Of a stretch of DNA of 64,000 nt, positions 43,287 to 53,224 are shown one piece after another; positions within the stretch are counted from its first letter, which is position 1; every line of letters begins with the position of its first letter. A program made the position numbers and the translations under genes. The stretch lies in NCBI GenBank assembly GCA_963717935.1, contig CAVQXP010000004.1, positions 800,001 to 864,000 on the forward strand, given 5' to 3'. The DNA is from Candidatus Eiseniibacteriota bacterium (lineage in GTDB: Bacteria > Eisenbacteria > RBG-16-71-46). Below the pieces are notes generated by a model. The model was not told the origin of the DNA, made no database searches, and worked only from the letters and a program-made list of their open reading frames with translations.

Positions 43287-44849
43287 ATGACGCGAGACGA
43301 GCCTGAGTCCGCCCTCCGCCCGCCCGCCCTCCGCCCGCCCGGGCGCGGCGCTCTGCTGGTCCTCCTCGCGGTGCTCGCGCTGGGGCTGCTCCACCTGCCG
43401 CATCCCTTCGGCTGGGACCAGTCGCTGTTCACGCTGGGCGCCGAGCGGCTCGCGGCAGGGGGCGTGCTCTACCGCGATTTCTGGGATGTGAAGCAGCCGG
43501 GCATCTACTGGTTCTACACGTCGGCCGGGCGGCTGTTCGGCTTCAGCGAGCCGGGTGTGCATCTGCTCGAGCTGCTGTGGATGATGACCTTCGCCATCAC
43601 GCTGCTAGTGACGCTCCGCCGCCGCTGGGGCCAGGGACCGGCCGCGACGCTGGCGCCGCTGTTCGTCGTCGGCGCCTACTACGCCGGGGCGACCGACTAC
43701 TATCTCACGCAGGTCGAGGGCCTCGTCGGCCTCCCGCTCTACCTGACGCTCTGGTTCTCGACCCGCGGGGCGGACGAGGAGCCCCGGGCCTGGCGGGGGT
43801 TCATCTCGGGGTTGTGTGGTGCGGTCGTGCTCCTCTTCAAGCTGGTCTTCCTGCCGCTCGTGGCGGCGTTCTGGCTGCTGGCGCTCGTGGATGCGGCGCG
43901 CAGGCGCGGCGTGGCCCGCGCGCTGGCCGTGGTGGCGCTTCCCGTGGCGCTCGGCCTGCTCCTGCCCGTCGCAGCCGTCCTGGCGCTCTTCGCGCGGCTC
44001 GATCTCCTGGGCACGCTGATCTGGACGTACTTCACGTATCCCGCCTTCCTCCTGGCGCAGATCCACGGCGGCCAGGCGGCGCGCCTCGTGGACGGGCTGC
44101 AGCGGTTCCTGCTGCGCTTCGCGCCCCTCGTGGGACTGGCCACGGTGGGGGCCGGCGCGACCGGAGGACGCCGCGACCCGCTCGGGATCGGGCTCGCGGT
44201 CTGGCTGATCGTGGGGGTCCCGGTCATCCTCGTCCAGCGCTGGTCGGGGTGGCCGTACCACGAACTGCTCCTCCTCGCGCCGCTGGGCGTGCTGGCCGCG
44301 GCGGGGGTCGGGGCGCTGGCGCCGTTCCTGGATCGCCCGGGCGCGGAGGGTCGCGGGGCACGCCGTCTGGCCGCGGCGGGACTGGCCGCCCTCTTCACCG
44401 GGCTCATCGGGTTCGCCGCGATGAAGGGCGTGCAGCTCGCGCGCGGCGGGTTCGCGCTCACGACGGCCGACCGCACCGCCTACCAGAAGCGGGTGAGCGG
44501 GCTCTATCAGGACATCTCCGGGGACGCGGCGCTCCTTGCCGCGCCGGGGCGGCGGCCGGGGACGATCTTCACCATCGAGAACCCGATCGTCTACCGCCTC
44601 GCCGGGCGCGCCCCCGCGCCGGCGTTCCGGGGCGTGCTCTTCCCGGCGGCGATGGGCGCGGCCGAATGGGCGGCGCTCACGGAACGGCTGGCCTGCGCCC
44701 CGCCCGCCTTCATCCTGGTCGAGTGGCGCTACGTCCCGCTCCTCACGGGCGACGCGCCGCGGGCGGCGAGTCTCGCCGGATATCTCGCCGCCGACTATCG
44801 CGTGGCCTTCACCACGAATCGCGGTGCCTGGTACGAGCGCGTGCGCTGA
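43287..44849 (+). CDS. GT-C fold (ArnT/PMT-like) polytopic membrane glycosyltransferase
   Basis: WDQSLF...LYRDFWDVKQPG in the first loop, about 11 TM, soluble C-terminal domain. Confidence 0.72.
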   Translation: MTRDEPESALRPPALRPPGRGALLVLLAVLALGLLHLPHPFGWDQSLFTLGAERLAAGGVLYRDFWDVKQPGIYWFYTSAGRLFGFSEPGVHLLELLWMMTFAITLLVTLRRRWGQGPAATLAPLFVVGAYYAGATDYYLTQVEGLVGLPLYLTLWFSTRGADEEPRAWRGFISGLCGAVVLLFKLVFLPLVAAFWLLALVDAARRRGVARALAVVALPVALGLLLPVAAVLALFARLDLLGTLIWTYFTYPAFLLAQIHGGQAARLVDGLQRFLLRFAPLVGLATVGAGATGGRRDPLGIGLAVWLIVGVPVILVQRWSGWPYHELLLLAPLGVLAAAGVGALAPFLDRPGAEGRGARRLAAAGLAALFTGLIGFAAMKGVQLARGGFALTTADRTAYQKRVSGLYQDISGDAALLAAPGRRPGTIFTIENPIVYRLAGRAPAPAFRGVLFPAAMGAAEWAALTERLACAPPAFILVEWRYVPLLTGDAPRAASLAGYLAADYRVAFTTNRGAWYERVR

Positions 44850-44924
44850 GGCGGGAGCGGGCGGCGTCCGCGTCGCCGGGCCGATGCTACACTCCGCCCC
44901 CACGGACCGATCGGGGAGGATGGC

Positions 44925-45260
44925 GTGACCGAGATGTTGCTCGTCTTCAGCACCTTCGCCAGCGAGGAGGACGCCGCGCGCGTGGTGCGCGCACTGGTCG
45001 AGGAGCGCCTGATCGCCTGCGGCAACCTGCTGCCCGGCGCCCGCTCGCTCTACCGCTGGAAGGGCGCGGTGGCGGACGAGCGCGAGGTGGTGGCGATCAT
45101 GAAGACACGCGAGCAGGGCTGGCCGGCGCTGCTCGCGCGGCTGCACGAGCTCCACCCGTACGAGGTCCCCGAGTGCGTCGCCGTGCGGATCGCCGCGGGC
45201 GCCCCGAAGTACCTCGCGTGGCTCGAGGAGGCGCTCGCCACGCCGCCGGAGGGTGCGTGA
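44925..45260 (+). CDS. cutA: Divalent-cation tolerance protein CutA
   Basis: LVEERLIACGN, SLYRWKG, LHPYEVPE, YLAWL. Confidence 0.94.
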   Translation: MTEMLLVFSTFASEEDAARVVRALVEERLIACGNLLPGARSLYRWKGAVADEREVVAIMKTREQGWPALLARLHELHPYEVPECVAVRIAAGAPKYLAWLEEALATPPEGA

Positions 45261-46293
45261 GCGCGGCCCGGCTGGTCCTCGGCATCGAGACCTCCTGCGA
45301 CGACACCTCGGTCGCCGTGCTGGAAGACGGGCACACGCTGCGCGCCCACCTGATCGCCGCGCAGGACGTGCACCGGCTCTACGGCGGCGTGGTCCCCGAG
45401 CTGGCCTCGCGCGCACACCTCGAGTTGCTGCCGCGGCTGGTCGCTCGCTGTCTGTCCGAGGCGCAGGTGGCCGCGGGCGATCTCACGGGCATCGCGGTCA
45501 CGCGCGCGCCGGGGCTGGTGGGCTCGCTCGTGGTGGGCGTGGCCTTCGCGCGGGCCTACGGCGCGGCCCTCGGCATCCCGGTGGTGGGGGTGAACCACAT
45601 CGAGGCGCACCTGCACGCGGCGACACTGGAGCACGGCCCGAGCCCGCTGCCCGCGGTGGCGCTCGTGGTCTCGGGCGGCCACACGGAACTGGTCGAGGTG
45701 CGGGGCTTCGGCCTCTACCGCTGGCTCGGGAGCACGCGCGATGACGCGGCGGGCGAGGCCTACGACAAGGTGGCGAAGCTCCTCGGTCTGGGTTTTCCCG
45801 GGGGGCCGGTGCTCGACCGGCTGGCCGCGCAGGGCAACCGCGCGGCCTTCGCGTTCCCGCGCCCGATGCTCGACCGCGCGGACCTCGACTTCTCCTTCTC
45901 GGGGCTCAAGACGGCGGTCGCGCTCGCGGTCGGCCGGCTGGGCCCGCCGCCCCACGCCGAGACGCTGCTGGCGGATCTCGCCGCCTCGTTCCAGGCCGCG
46001 GTGATGGACACGCTGGTCGGCAAGACGCTGCGGGCGGTGGACCAGGTGGGAGCCCGCGCGCTCGGCGTGGGCGGGGGCGTGGCGGCGAACCGCGAGCTGC
46101 GGGCCCGTCTCGCGGCGGGCTGCGGGAGCGGGGCATCCCGCTGAGGCTGCCGTCGTCGCGGCTCTGCGCGGACAACGCGGCGATGATCGCTCTGGTGGGC
46201 TCGTGGATGCTGCAGCGGGGCGACGCGGAGGACGCGGATCTCGACGTGGTGGCCTCGCTCGAGGAGTCCGGCTTGCCGATGGGCGGGGACTGA
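45257..46293 (+). pseudogene. tsaD: tRNA t6A synthesis protein TsaD, interrupted by a 1-nt frameshift near 46123 (probably a sequence error)
   Basis: GIETSCDDT, GGVVPELASRAH, NHIEAH, VSGGHT, DDAAGEAYDK, FSFSGLKT and GGVAAN lie in the frame ending at 46144. LCADNAAMIA and the C-terminus lie in another frame ending TGA 46291-46293. Confidence 0.9.
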
Positions 46294-46605
46294 CCCAGGT
46301 CCCGCGGCAGGAGCGCCCGGGTCCGGCACCGGCGGGGTCTCTGCCCGGCCCGTGCCGGGTGCCGCTCCGGCCGGTTCTCCTTGCCGGACTGGCCCGTGGC
46401 CCCCTCTCCAAAACGCTGCAGTCCCGCCCGGGCCCTGCCGATACCCAAGGTGCTGCCGCCCGTCGTGCCGGGGCATGCCGGCGGACGCCGGGGCGGCCGT
46501 GAAGGGACCCGTAGGTCCGTGCCCGCATGGCACGTGGCCAGCACGAAGACCTGCATGAAGCGACCCGTGACGAGTCTGGCGAACCCTCGGTAGGAGTCCC
46601 TTGCG

Positions 46606-47571
46606 GTGGCCAAGTCCAGAATCCTGATCGCGGAAGACGAGCCGCACCTGCGAGAGGTGCTGCACATCCAACTCGAGCTGGCGGGCTTCGAGGTGATCGA
46701 GGCATGCGACGGCGAAGAGGTCCTCGAGTTGGCCCAGCACGTGCGCCCGGACGTGATCCTGCTCGACGTCATGATGCCTCGCAAGGATGGCTACGAGGCC
46801 CTGAAGTCGCTGCGCGCCTCGTATGCGACCCGCTTCATCCCGATCATCATGCTCACGGCCAAGGACACGAAGGAAGACGTCCTGAACGGCGTCCAGGGCG
46901 GGGCCAACGACTACCTCACCAAGCCCTACGACCGCAGCGAGCTGATGCTGCGGATCAACAACCAGCTGAGCTGGAGCCGCCAGCAGCGCGAGGCCAACCC
47001 GCTCACCGGCCTGCCCGGGAACCTCTCCATCAACCGCGAGACCGAGCGCCGCCTCGGCTCGGGCGAGCCCTTCGCGCTGCTCCAGGTGGACATCGATTTC
47101 TTCAAGGCCTACAACGACCACTATGGCTATCCGCGCGGCGACGAGGCCATCCAGACCCTGTCGCGCATCCTGGTCGACGCCGCGAGCCACCACGGCGAGG
47201 GGAACTTCGTCGGGCACATCGGCGGCGACGACTTCGTGCTGCTCTCCACGCCCGAGCACGCCAAGGCCCTCGGCCAGGAGATCATCGACGCCTTCAGCGG
47301 TGCGGCTCCGTCGCTCTACGACGCCGAGGACCGCGAGCGCGGCTACGTCGAGGTCAAGAACCGTCGGGACGAGCTCGAACACTTCCCGCTCATGACCGTG
47401 ACCATCGCTCTGGTCAGCACGGACCGGGCCCAGGTCTCGCACCTGGCGCAACTCACGGACATCGCGCAGGAGCTGAAGGCCCACGGCAAGGGTATCCCCG
47501 GGAGCGTGCTGGTCGGGGAGCGCCGCCACATCGAGGCCCGCGGGCCCGACACGGAACGGCACGCGGCTTAG
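46606..47571 (+). CDS. Response regulator with GGDEF (GGDDF) diguanylate cyclase domain
   Basis: REC: AEDE, LLDVMMP, LTAK, KPY. Output domain: NPLTGLPGN, DIDFFKAYND..G..RGD, GHIGGDDF. Confidence 0.92.
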   Translation: MAKSRILIAEDEPHLREVLHIQLELAGFEVIEACDGEEVLELAQHVRPDVILLDVMMPRKDGYEALKSLRASYATRFIPIIMLTAKDTKEDVLNGVQGGANDYLTKPYDRSELMLRINNQLSWSRQQREANPLTGLPGNLSINRETERRLGSGEPFALLQVDIDFFKAYNDHYGYPRGDEAIQTLSRILVDAASHHGEGNFVGHIGGDDFVLLSTPEHAKALGQEIIDAFSGAAPSLYDAEDRERGYVEVKNRRDELEHFPLMTVTIALVSTDRAQVSHLAQLTDIAQELKAHGKGIPGSVLVGERRHIEARGPDTERHAA

Positions 47572-47580
47572 GCAGGCGAC

Positions 47581-50355
47581 ATGAGCCGGCACAGCGCCAA
47601 TCAGGGGCCGTCCCAGAGCGAGCTGCACATGAGGGGGGAGCTCGACCGGACGCGCCGGGAGCTGACCAAGCTCAAGAAGGGCATGGTCGCATCCGCCACG
47701 GCCGCCGCGGCCGAGTCCGCATCCGCCACGGCCGCCGCGGCCGAGTCCGCATCCGCCGCGTCCGCCGCGGCCGAGTCCGCATCTGCCGTGTCCGCCGCGG
47801 CCGAGTCCGCATCTGCCGTGTCCGCCCCGGGCGCCGGGGCCGGGCTGCACGACCACGCGTCCGGTTCGCCCCGGGAGATCGAGAAGCTGCGCCGCCTCGT
47901 GGCGGAGCTCACCGCCACGCGCCAGCGCCTGAGCCGCCTCTACTTCAGCCAGATCGAGGAGAACCGGCAGCGCGGGAAGCGCCTGCACCAGATCCTCGGG
48001 AGCCTGGCGCAGATCAGCTCCGAACTGGACCTCGCCGCCCTGCTGCCGCGCATCGCCGGGGTCGTCGCCACGAGCCTCGGATTCCGCGTCGTCCTGATCC
48101 GCATCCTCGAGCCCGGTTCCGGCCGGCTCCGGGCGCGTGCTTTCGTCGGCATCGACGATGCCGGCCGGGCCCGGCTCGAGCTCACCGACGTCGCGGTCGA
48201 GGAGTTCACCGGCTGGCTCAAGGACGAGTTCCGCGTCGGCCGCTCGTACTTCATCAGCCATCGGCACGAGTTCAACCGGCAGCTCCCGGAGGGCTACAGG
48301 ACGGATCTCGGGCCCCGCGAGGAGTGGGAGTGGCACGCGGACGACGTGCTCCTGGTCCCGTTGCGGAGCCGCGACGGAGAGCTGGTGGGCTACTTCTCGG
48401 TGGACGACCCGGAGAACCGGCTGGTGCCCTCGACCGAGGTCATCGAACTGCTGGAGATCTTCGGCTACCACGCCGCGGTCGCGATCGAGAACGCCCGGCT
48501 CTACCGGGAGCGGGACGAACAGGCCCGCCAGCTCCGGGGGTCCGGACAGCGCGCCCAGGAGCTGCACGCGCTCAGGAGCGGCCTGGTCTCGACCGTCTCC
48601 CGCGAAGTGCGCGCGCCGCTCACCGCAGTCCAGGCGCTCCTGGACGCCTTGCTCTCGACGCCCGAAGGCGAGCTCGCGCCAGACCGCCTGCGCCACTTCC
48701 TGAGCCTCATGAACGAGGAGACCCGGCGCCTGGCGCGGCTCATCGATTCGGTGCTCGACCTCAACCCCTTCGATCCCGGGGACTTGCGGTCGGAGCGCGA
48801 GTCCGTGGACGTCGTGGGGATCGTCACGGACACGGTGCGCCTGCTGGCTCCGGTCGCCGAAGCCGGGCAGGTAAACCTCAAGCTGGTGAACGATTGCGCC
48901 GATACCCGGATGGAAGCGGACCCGGACCAGATGCGGCAACTGGCGCTGCACCTGGGGAGCAACGCGGTCAAGTTCACCCCGCCGGGGGGAGCGGTGACCG
49001 TGTCGCTCTCGGGTTCGGCCGACGAGATCGCTCTGCGGGTGGAGGACACCGGCATCGGCATCCCGGAGGCGGCGCTCGAGAACGTGTTCGAGCGTTTCTA
49101 TCAGGGGGACGCGTCGCTGGTCCGCCGCTTCGGCGGAACGGGATTGGGACTGGCGGTCTGCAAGTCCATCGTCGAGTGGCATGGGGGGCGCATCACCGCC
49201 GAGAGCGCTCCCGGCCGCGGCTCGTGCTTCACCGTGGTGCTGCCACGGCGGAGTGGTCCGCGGGTGGCTTTGCAGTCGGATTCGTCGGCGCCGCAGGCGT
49301 CGGAGGGCCTCTTGAGGCTGGCGATCGAAATGGTGGCGGAGGTCATGGACGCGCGCGTGGTCTCCCTGCTGGCCCCCGGGCCGGACGGGGATCTCGCCGT
49401 GTGCGCGGCCATCGGTCTCGACGCGCGCGTGATGCGCGAGACGCGCATCCGCCCGGGCACCGGGGTCGTTGGCTGGGTGGCCGAGAACCGGCGCCCGCGG
49501 TGCGCCTCGAACGCCGAGGAGCCGAGCGGGATCGCCGGCGCGGACCACGAGCGCCACCGGACGCGCACCTTCCTCTCGGTGCCGGTCGAGGGCGACGAGG
49601 GCTTGCTCGGCGTGCTCAACGTGACCGATCCCGTCTCGGGGGAGGCCTTCGAGGCACAGGACTGCGAACTGTTGCTCCGCCTGGCCGAGCGCGTGGGCAC
49701 CGCGTGGGCCGCGCCGCAGCGCACGGACGATGCCTGCTCCGGCATCGAGGGCACCGCGCTCGCGCCGAGCCGGAAGCCGTGTCACCTCGGGGGCGGCCGC
49801 ATCGAGGCTGCCGATGGCGCGCGGCTCGCCCGCGCGCTGGCACGGGAGCTGGGGCTCAGCGAGGCCGAGGTGGCGAACATCACCTTCGCGGCCTGCGTGC
49901 ACGACATCCGCACGACCCGGCTGCCGGGCAGCCCGTGCGAGAGCGCTTCGTCCTTCTCTTCGGACGAGCGCAAGCAGGCGGAGCGACACGTCGAGACCGG
50001 GGCGGACCCGCTGGAGCCGCTGGAGATGGTCGGCGCGTTGCGCGAGATCGTGCTGTCACGCCACGAATGGTGGGACGGCACCGGCTACCCGTGCGCGCTG
50101 CGCGCGGAGGAGATTCCCATCGGGGCCCGCATCCTGGCCGTGGTGGACGCGTGGGAGAGCATGACGGTGGGCAGGCCCCACCGGCCCGCGCGCAGGGAAG
50201 ACGACGCCCGGCTCGAGCTGGGGCGTCTCGCGGGGCGGCAGTTCGAACCCCGTGTCGTCGAAGCCTTCGAGCGCGTGCTGGACGCCGCAAGTCCGCAGCC
50301 CGCGCCCGGGGAATCGAACGCAACGGACGACGCGAACGCCATCGCAAGGAGGTGA
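47581..50355 (+). CDS. GAF-HisKA-HATPase-GAF-HD-GYP multidomain protein with degenerate catalytic motifs
   Basis: GAF ending AIENARLY; H-box VSREVRAPLT; N/G1/F/G2 boxes SNAVKF, EDTGIG, FERF, GGTGLGL; second GAF (SVP...LGVLNV); HD-GYP VHDI, HEWWDGTGYP, IPIGARI, VD, RPHR. Confidence 0.88.
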   Translation: MSRHSANQGPSQSELHMRGELDRTRRELTKLKKGMVASATAAAAESASATAAAAESASAASAAAESASAVSAAAESASAVSAPGAGAGLHDHASGSPREIEKLRRLVAELTATRQRLSRLYFSQIEENRQRGKRLHQILGSLAQISSELDLAALLPRIAGVVATSLGFRVVLIRILEPGSGRLRARAFVGIDDAGRARLELTDVAVEEFTGWLKDEFRVGRSYFISHRHEFNRQLPEGYRTDLGPREEWEWHADDVLLVPLRSRDGELVGYFSVDDPENRLVPSTEVIELLEIFGYHAAVAIENARLYRERDEQARQLRGSGQRAQELHALRSGLVSTVSREVRAPLTAVQALLDALLSTPEGELAPDRLRHFLSLMNEETRRLARLIDSVLDLNPFDPGDLRSERESVDVVGIVTDTVRLLAPVAEAGQVNLKLVNDCADTRMEADPDQMRQLALHLGSNAVKFTPPGGAVTVSLSGSADEIALRVEDTGIGIPEAALENVFERFYQGDASLVRRFGGTGLGLAVCKSIVEWHGGRITAESAPGRGSCFTVVLPRRSGPRVALQSDSSAPQASEGLLRLAIEMVAEVMDARVVSLLAPGPDGDLAVCAAIGLDARVMRETRIRPGTGVVGWVAENRRPRCASNAEEPSGIAGADHERHRTRTFLSVPVEGDEGLLGVLNVTDPVSGEAFEAQDCELLLRLAERVGTAWAAPQRTDDACSGIEGTALAPSRKPCHLGGGRIEAADGARLARALARELGLSEAEVANITFAACVHDIRTTRLPGSPCESASSFSSDERKQAERHVETGADPLEPLEMVGALREIVLSRHEWWDGTGYPCALRAEEIPIGARILAVVDAWESMTVGRPHRPARREDDARLELGRLAGRQFEPRVVEAFERVLDAASPQPAPGESNATDDANAIARR
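47689..47826 (+). repeat. In-frame 30-bp tandem repeat x4.6 (ASA[T/A/V][A/S]AAAES)
   Basis: Units start at 47689, 47719, 47749, 47779 and 47809 (partial). Confidence 0.93.
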
Positions 50356-50360
50356 GTGAC

Positions 50361-50756
50361 ATGGCGAAGGGCAAGATTCTGGTCGTGGACGATGAGATCT
50401 ACATCGTGCACATCCTGGATTTCAGTCTGGGCATGGAAGGCTACGAAGTGCTGACCGCGCTGGACGGCGAGCAGGCGCTGGAGAGGGCGCGCGCCGAGCA
50501 CCCGGACCTCATCGTGCTGGACATCATGATGCCCAAGCTGGACGGCTACGAGACCTGCAAGAGGCTCAAGGCCGATCCGTCGACGAAGGACATCCCGGTG
50601 ATCCTGCTGTCGGCCAAGGGCCGCAACGTGGATCAGAAGGTCGGTTTCGAAGTCGGAGCCGACGACTACATCACCAAGCCGTTCAGTCCGCGCAAGCTGG
50701 TCGAGCGCATCAACGCGCTGCTCGGCCAGGCCAGCCCCCACCGCATGCAGGCCTGA
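50361..50756 (+). CDS. Single-domain response regulator
   Basis: VVDDE, VLDIMMP, LSAK, KPF; strong SD AAGGAGGTGA. Confidence 0.94.
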   Translation: MAKGKILVVDDEIYIVHILDFSLGMEGYEVLTALDGEQALERARAEHPDLIVLDIMMPKLDGYETCKRLKADPSTKDIPVILLSAKGRNVDQKVGFEVGADDYITKPFSPRKLVERINALLGQASPHRMQA

Positions 50757-50910
50757 CCCCCGGTCCGGAGTCTTCACCTCTCCGTCGACCGGGGGCGGGC
50801 CGCGGGCTTGGGCTGCCCCTGGCGCGCCGCGTGCTTGCCGCGCGGCCGTTCGCACGTCATGCTGGTCCTGACGTCCACGAGCGCCACGCGCCTCCCAACC
50901 CGACCCGGAC

Positions 50911-52908
50911 ATGCCCTTCGCCCACGTCGCCTTGCCGCTGCCCGTGCGGCAGACCTTCCTCTACCGCATCCCCGAAGCGCTCGTGCCGCGCGCCGTGCCC
51001 GGCGCCCAGGTCACGGTGCCGTTCCGCGGGCGCGCGAGGCGCGGCTTCGTCGTCGCCCTCTGCGCAGCCTGCGACCTCGAGAAGGTGAGTGACCTGGGGG
51101 GCGTGCTGCCGGTGCCGCCGCTCTCGGCGCACCTGCTCGAACTGGCCCGCTGGATCGCCGAGTACTACCTCGCCCCGCTGGGCGAGGTGCTTGCAGCGGT
51201 CCTGCCAGGCGGGCTCGAGGGCTTCGCGAGGAGCCGCGCGCGCCGGGGGGCCGAGGAGGAGCCCGTGATGACGCTTCCGCTGCCCGAGCGCATGCGGCTC
51301 ACGGGCGGGCAGACCGCGGCCGTGCGCGAGGTGGTGGGTGCGGTCGCCCGCGGGGGCTTCGTCCCGTTGCTGCTCCACGGCGTGACCGCGAGCGGCAAGA
51401 CCGAGGTCTACCTGCGCGCCGCGCACGCCGCCCGCGAGGCCGGCGGGCAGACCCTGGTGCTGGTCCCCGAGGTGGCGCTGGGCTCGCAGGTGGTGGCGGC
51501 CTTCCGCAAGCGCTTCTCGGCGCGGGTCGGAGTGCTGCACTCCTACCTCACGGTGGGCGAGCGCCGCCGCAACTGGGAGCTGGCGAGCCGCGGCGCGCTC
51601 GACGTGGTGGTGGGTGCGCGCTCGGCGGTCTTCGCGCCGTTGCCGGACCTCCGCTTGATCGTCGTGGACGAGGAGCACGAGCCCGCCTACAAGCAGAGCG
51701 AGATGCTGCGCTACCACGGGCGTGACGTCGCCGTGCGGCGCGCGCAGTTGCTGGGCATCCCGGTGGTGCTGGGTTCGGCCACGCCGAGCCTGGAGTCGCT
51801 GGCCAACGCCGCGCGCGGCAAGTATCGCCTGCTGCGGCTCCCCGGGCGCGTGGACTCGCGCCCCATGCCGGTGGTGCGGGTCGTGGACCTGAGACGGGAC
51901 AGCGCGGGCCACGAGCTGCTCTCTCGCCCGCTGCGCCAGGCCATCGCCGAGCGGCTCGAACGCCGCGAGCAGACCGTGCTGTTCCTGAACCGCCGCGGGC
52001 ACTCGCACCACACCCAGTGCCGCGCCTGCGGCTTCACGCCCGAGTGCCCGAACTGCGACATCACGCTCACGCTGCACCTGGCGCCCAGTGAGTGGCGCTG
52101 CCACTACTGCGACCACCGCCAGCCAGCCTCGGTGCGCTGTCCGTCCTGCCAGGCCCCGATGCTGCGCTTCGCCGGCGCGGGCACGCAGCGCGCCGAGCGC
52201 GAGATCGCCGCGGCCTTCCCGGGCGCGCGCCTGCTGCGCCTCGACACCGACGTGGCGTGCGTGCCGGGCCGTACCCACCAGGTGCTCGCGGCCTTCGCGC
52301 GCGGCGAGGCCGACGTGCTGCTCGGCACCCAGATGATCGCCAAGGGGCTCGACTTCCCGCGGGTGACGCTGGTGGGCGTGCTGGACGCCGACGTGGCGCT
52401 CCACCTGCCGGATTTCCGCGCGGCCGAGCGCACCTTCCAGCTGCTGGTGCAGGTCTCGGGGCGCGCCGGGCGTGGCCCGGTCGCCGGCGAGGTGTTCGTG
52501 CAGACCTGCACCCCCGATCACCACGCGGTGGTGTCCGCGGCGCTGAACGACGAGCGCCTGTTCCTCGATCGCGAGCTCGCGCAGCGTCGCGAGGCGGGCT
52601 ACCCGCCGTTCCGCCGGCTCGCGACGGTCCTGTTCTCGGGGAAGGACGAGGGCGAGGTCGAAGCCGCGGCGGCGCGCATCCGCGAGAGCATCGAGGCGCC
52701 GGCCGAGGCGGCGGGCGTCGAGGTGCTGGGACCGGCGCCCCAGGCGCTGGCACGACTCCGGGGGCGCCACCGCTGGCACCTGCTGCTCAAGGCCACGAAC
52801 GCCGCGCGCTTGCGGGAGTCGGTGGCGCGCGCGCTGGAGCAGGCGGACGCGGCGCGGCTCAAGGGCGTGAAGGTCATGGCGGACGTGGACCCGGTGGAGG
52901 TGCTGTGA
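50911..52908 (+). CDS. priA: Primosomal protein N' (replication restart helicase)
   Basis: GVTASGKT, DEEH, SATPS, four CxxC pairs, GTQMIAKGLDF, QVSGRAGR. Confidence 0.96.
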   Translation: MPFAHVALPLPVRQTFLYRIPEALVPRAVPGAQVTVPFRGRARRGFVVALCAACDLEKVSDLGGVLPVPPLSAHLLELARWIAEYYLAPLGEVLAAVLPGGLEGFARSRARRGAEEEPVMTLPLPERMRLTGGQTAAVREVVGAVARGGFVPLLLHGVTASGKTEVYLRAAHAAREAGGQTLVLVPEVALGSQVVAAFRKRFSARVGVLHSYLTVGERRRNWELASRGALDVVVGARSAVFAPLPDLRLIVVDEEHEPAYKQSEMLRYHGRDVAVRRAQLLGIPVVLGSATPSLESLANAARGKYRLLRLPGRVDSRPMPVVRVVDLRRDSAGHELLSRPLRQAIAERLERREQTVLFLNRRGHSHHTQCRACGFTPECPNCDITLTLHLAPSEWRCHYCDHRQPASVRCPSCQAPMLRFAGAGTQRAEREIAAAFPGARLLRLDTDVACVPGRTHQVLAAFARGEADVLLGTQMIAKGLDFPRVTLVGVLDADVALHLPDFRAAERTFQLLVQVSGRAGRGPVAGEVFVQTCTPDHHAVVSAALNDERLFLDRELAQRREAGYPPFRRLATVLFSGKDEGEVEAAAARIRESIEAPAEAAGVEVLGPAPQALARLRGRHRWHLLLKATNAARLRESVARALEQADAARLKGVKVMADVDPVEVL

Positions 52909-53128
52909 GCGCGTGAGGACGCAGCGCGCCGTCCGTCCGGCGCCCCACCCGGGCGGGGCCGGACAGCGCCGCCCGCCACGGCGCAGCCGCCCGGGCCTTC
53001 CCCGTCCCGGGCGACCTGTCCCAGGAATGCCACACCCCAGTGTCGCGCATGCGACTGGAGGCCGGGGGGCGCCCGCAGGAGGGCCTCCGCCGGCTTGGCC
53101 GGCGGGCCGGCCCGCGGGGGCTTCCGCC

Positions 53129-53158
53129 TTGACTCAGTTGCGTTTGCGCCCCTAGAGT
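53129..53158 (+). promoter_or_regulatory. Putative sigma70 promoter for the HD/TPR genes
   Basis: TTGACT (53129-53134), 18 nt, TAGAGT (53153-53158). Confidence 0.5.
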
Positions 53159-53224
53159 CCACGCGCTCGACTGCCCGCTCTAGCCCGTCAGGGCTGGCAC
53201 ACTACCCGCATACCAGGGCCTTTC

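Noticed and set aside
46110..46150. Programmed ribosomal frameshift in tsaD
   Set aside because: No slippery heptamer and no precedent known to me. A single missing base explains it.
46417..46444. Sigma28-like promoter (GCCGATAC at 46437-46444) upstream of the GGDEF operon
   Set aside because: The -35 is a poor match to TAAA, GCCGAT is common at this GC content, and no flagellar genes are in the window.
46606..47571. Hypr-type GGDEF making 3',3'-cGAMP
   Set aside because: The specificity residue equivalent to PleD D344 (RGD) is Asp, not Ser/Thr.
45760..50756. 1409-aa ORFs at 45760-49989 (-) and 46527-50756 (+)
   Set aside because: Shadow or alternate frames of the signalling genes. Only the last 131 codons of the + ORF (from 50361) are a real response regulator.
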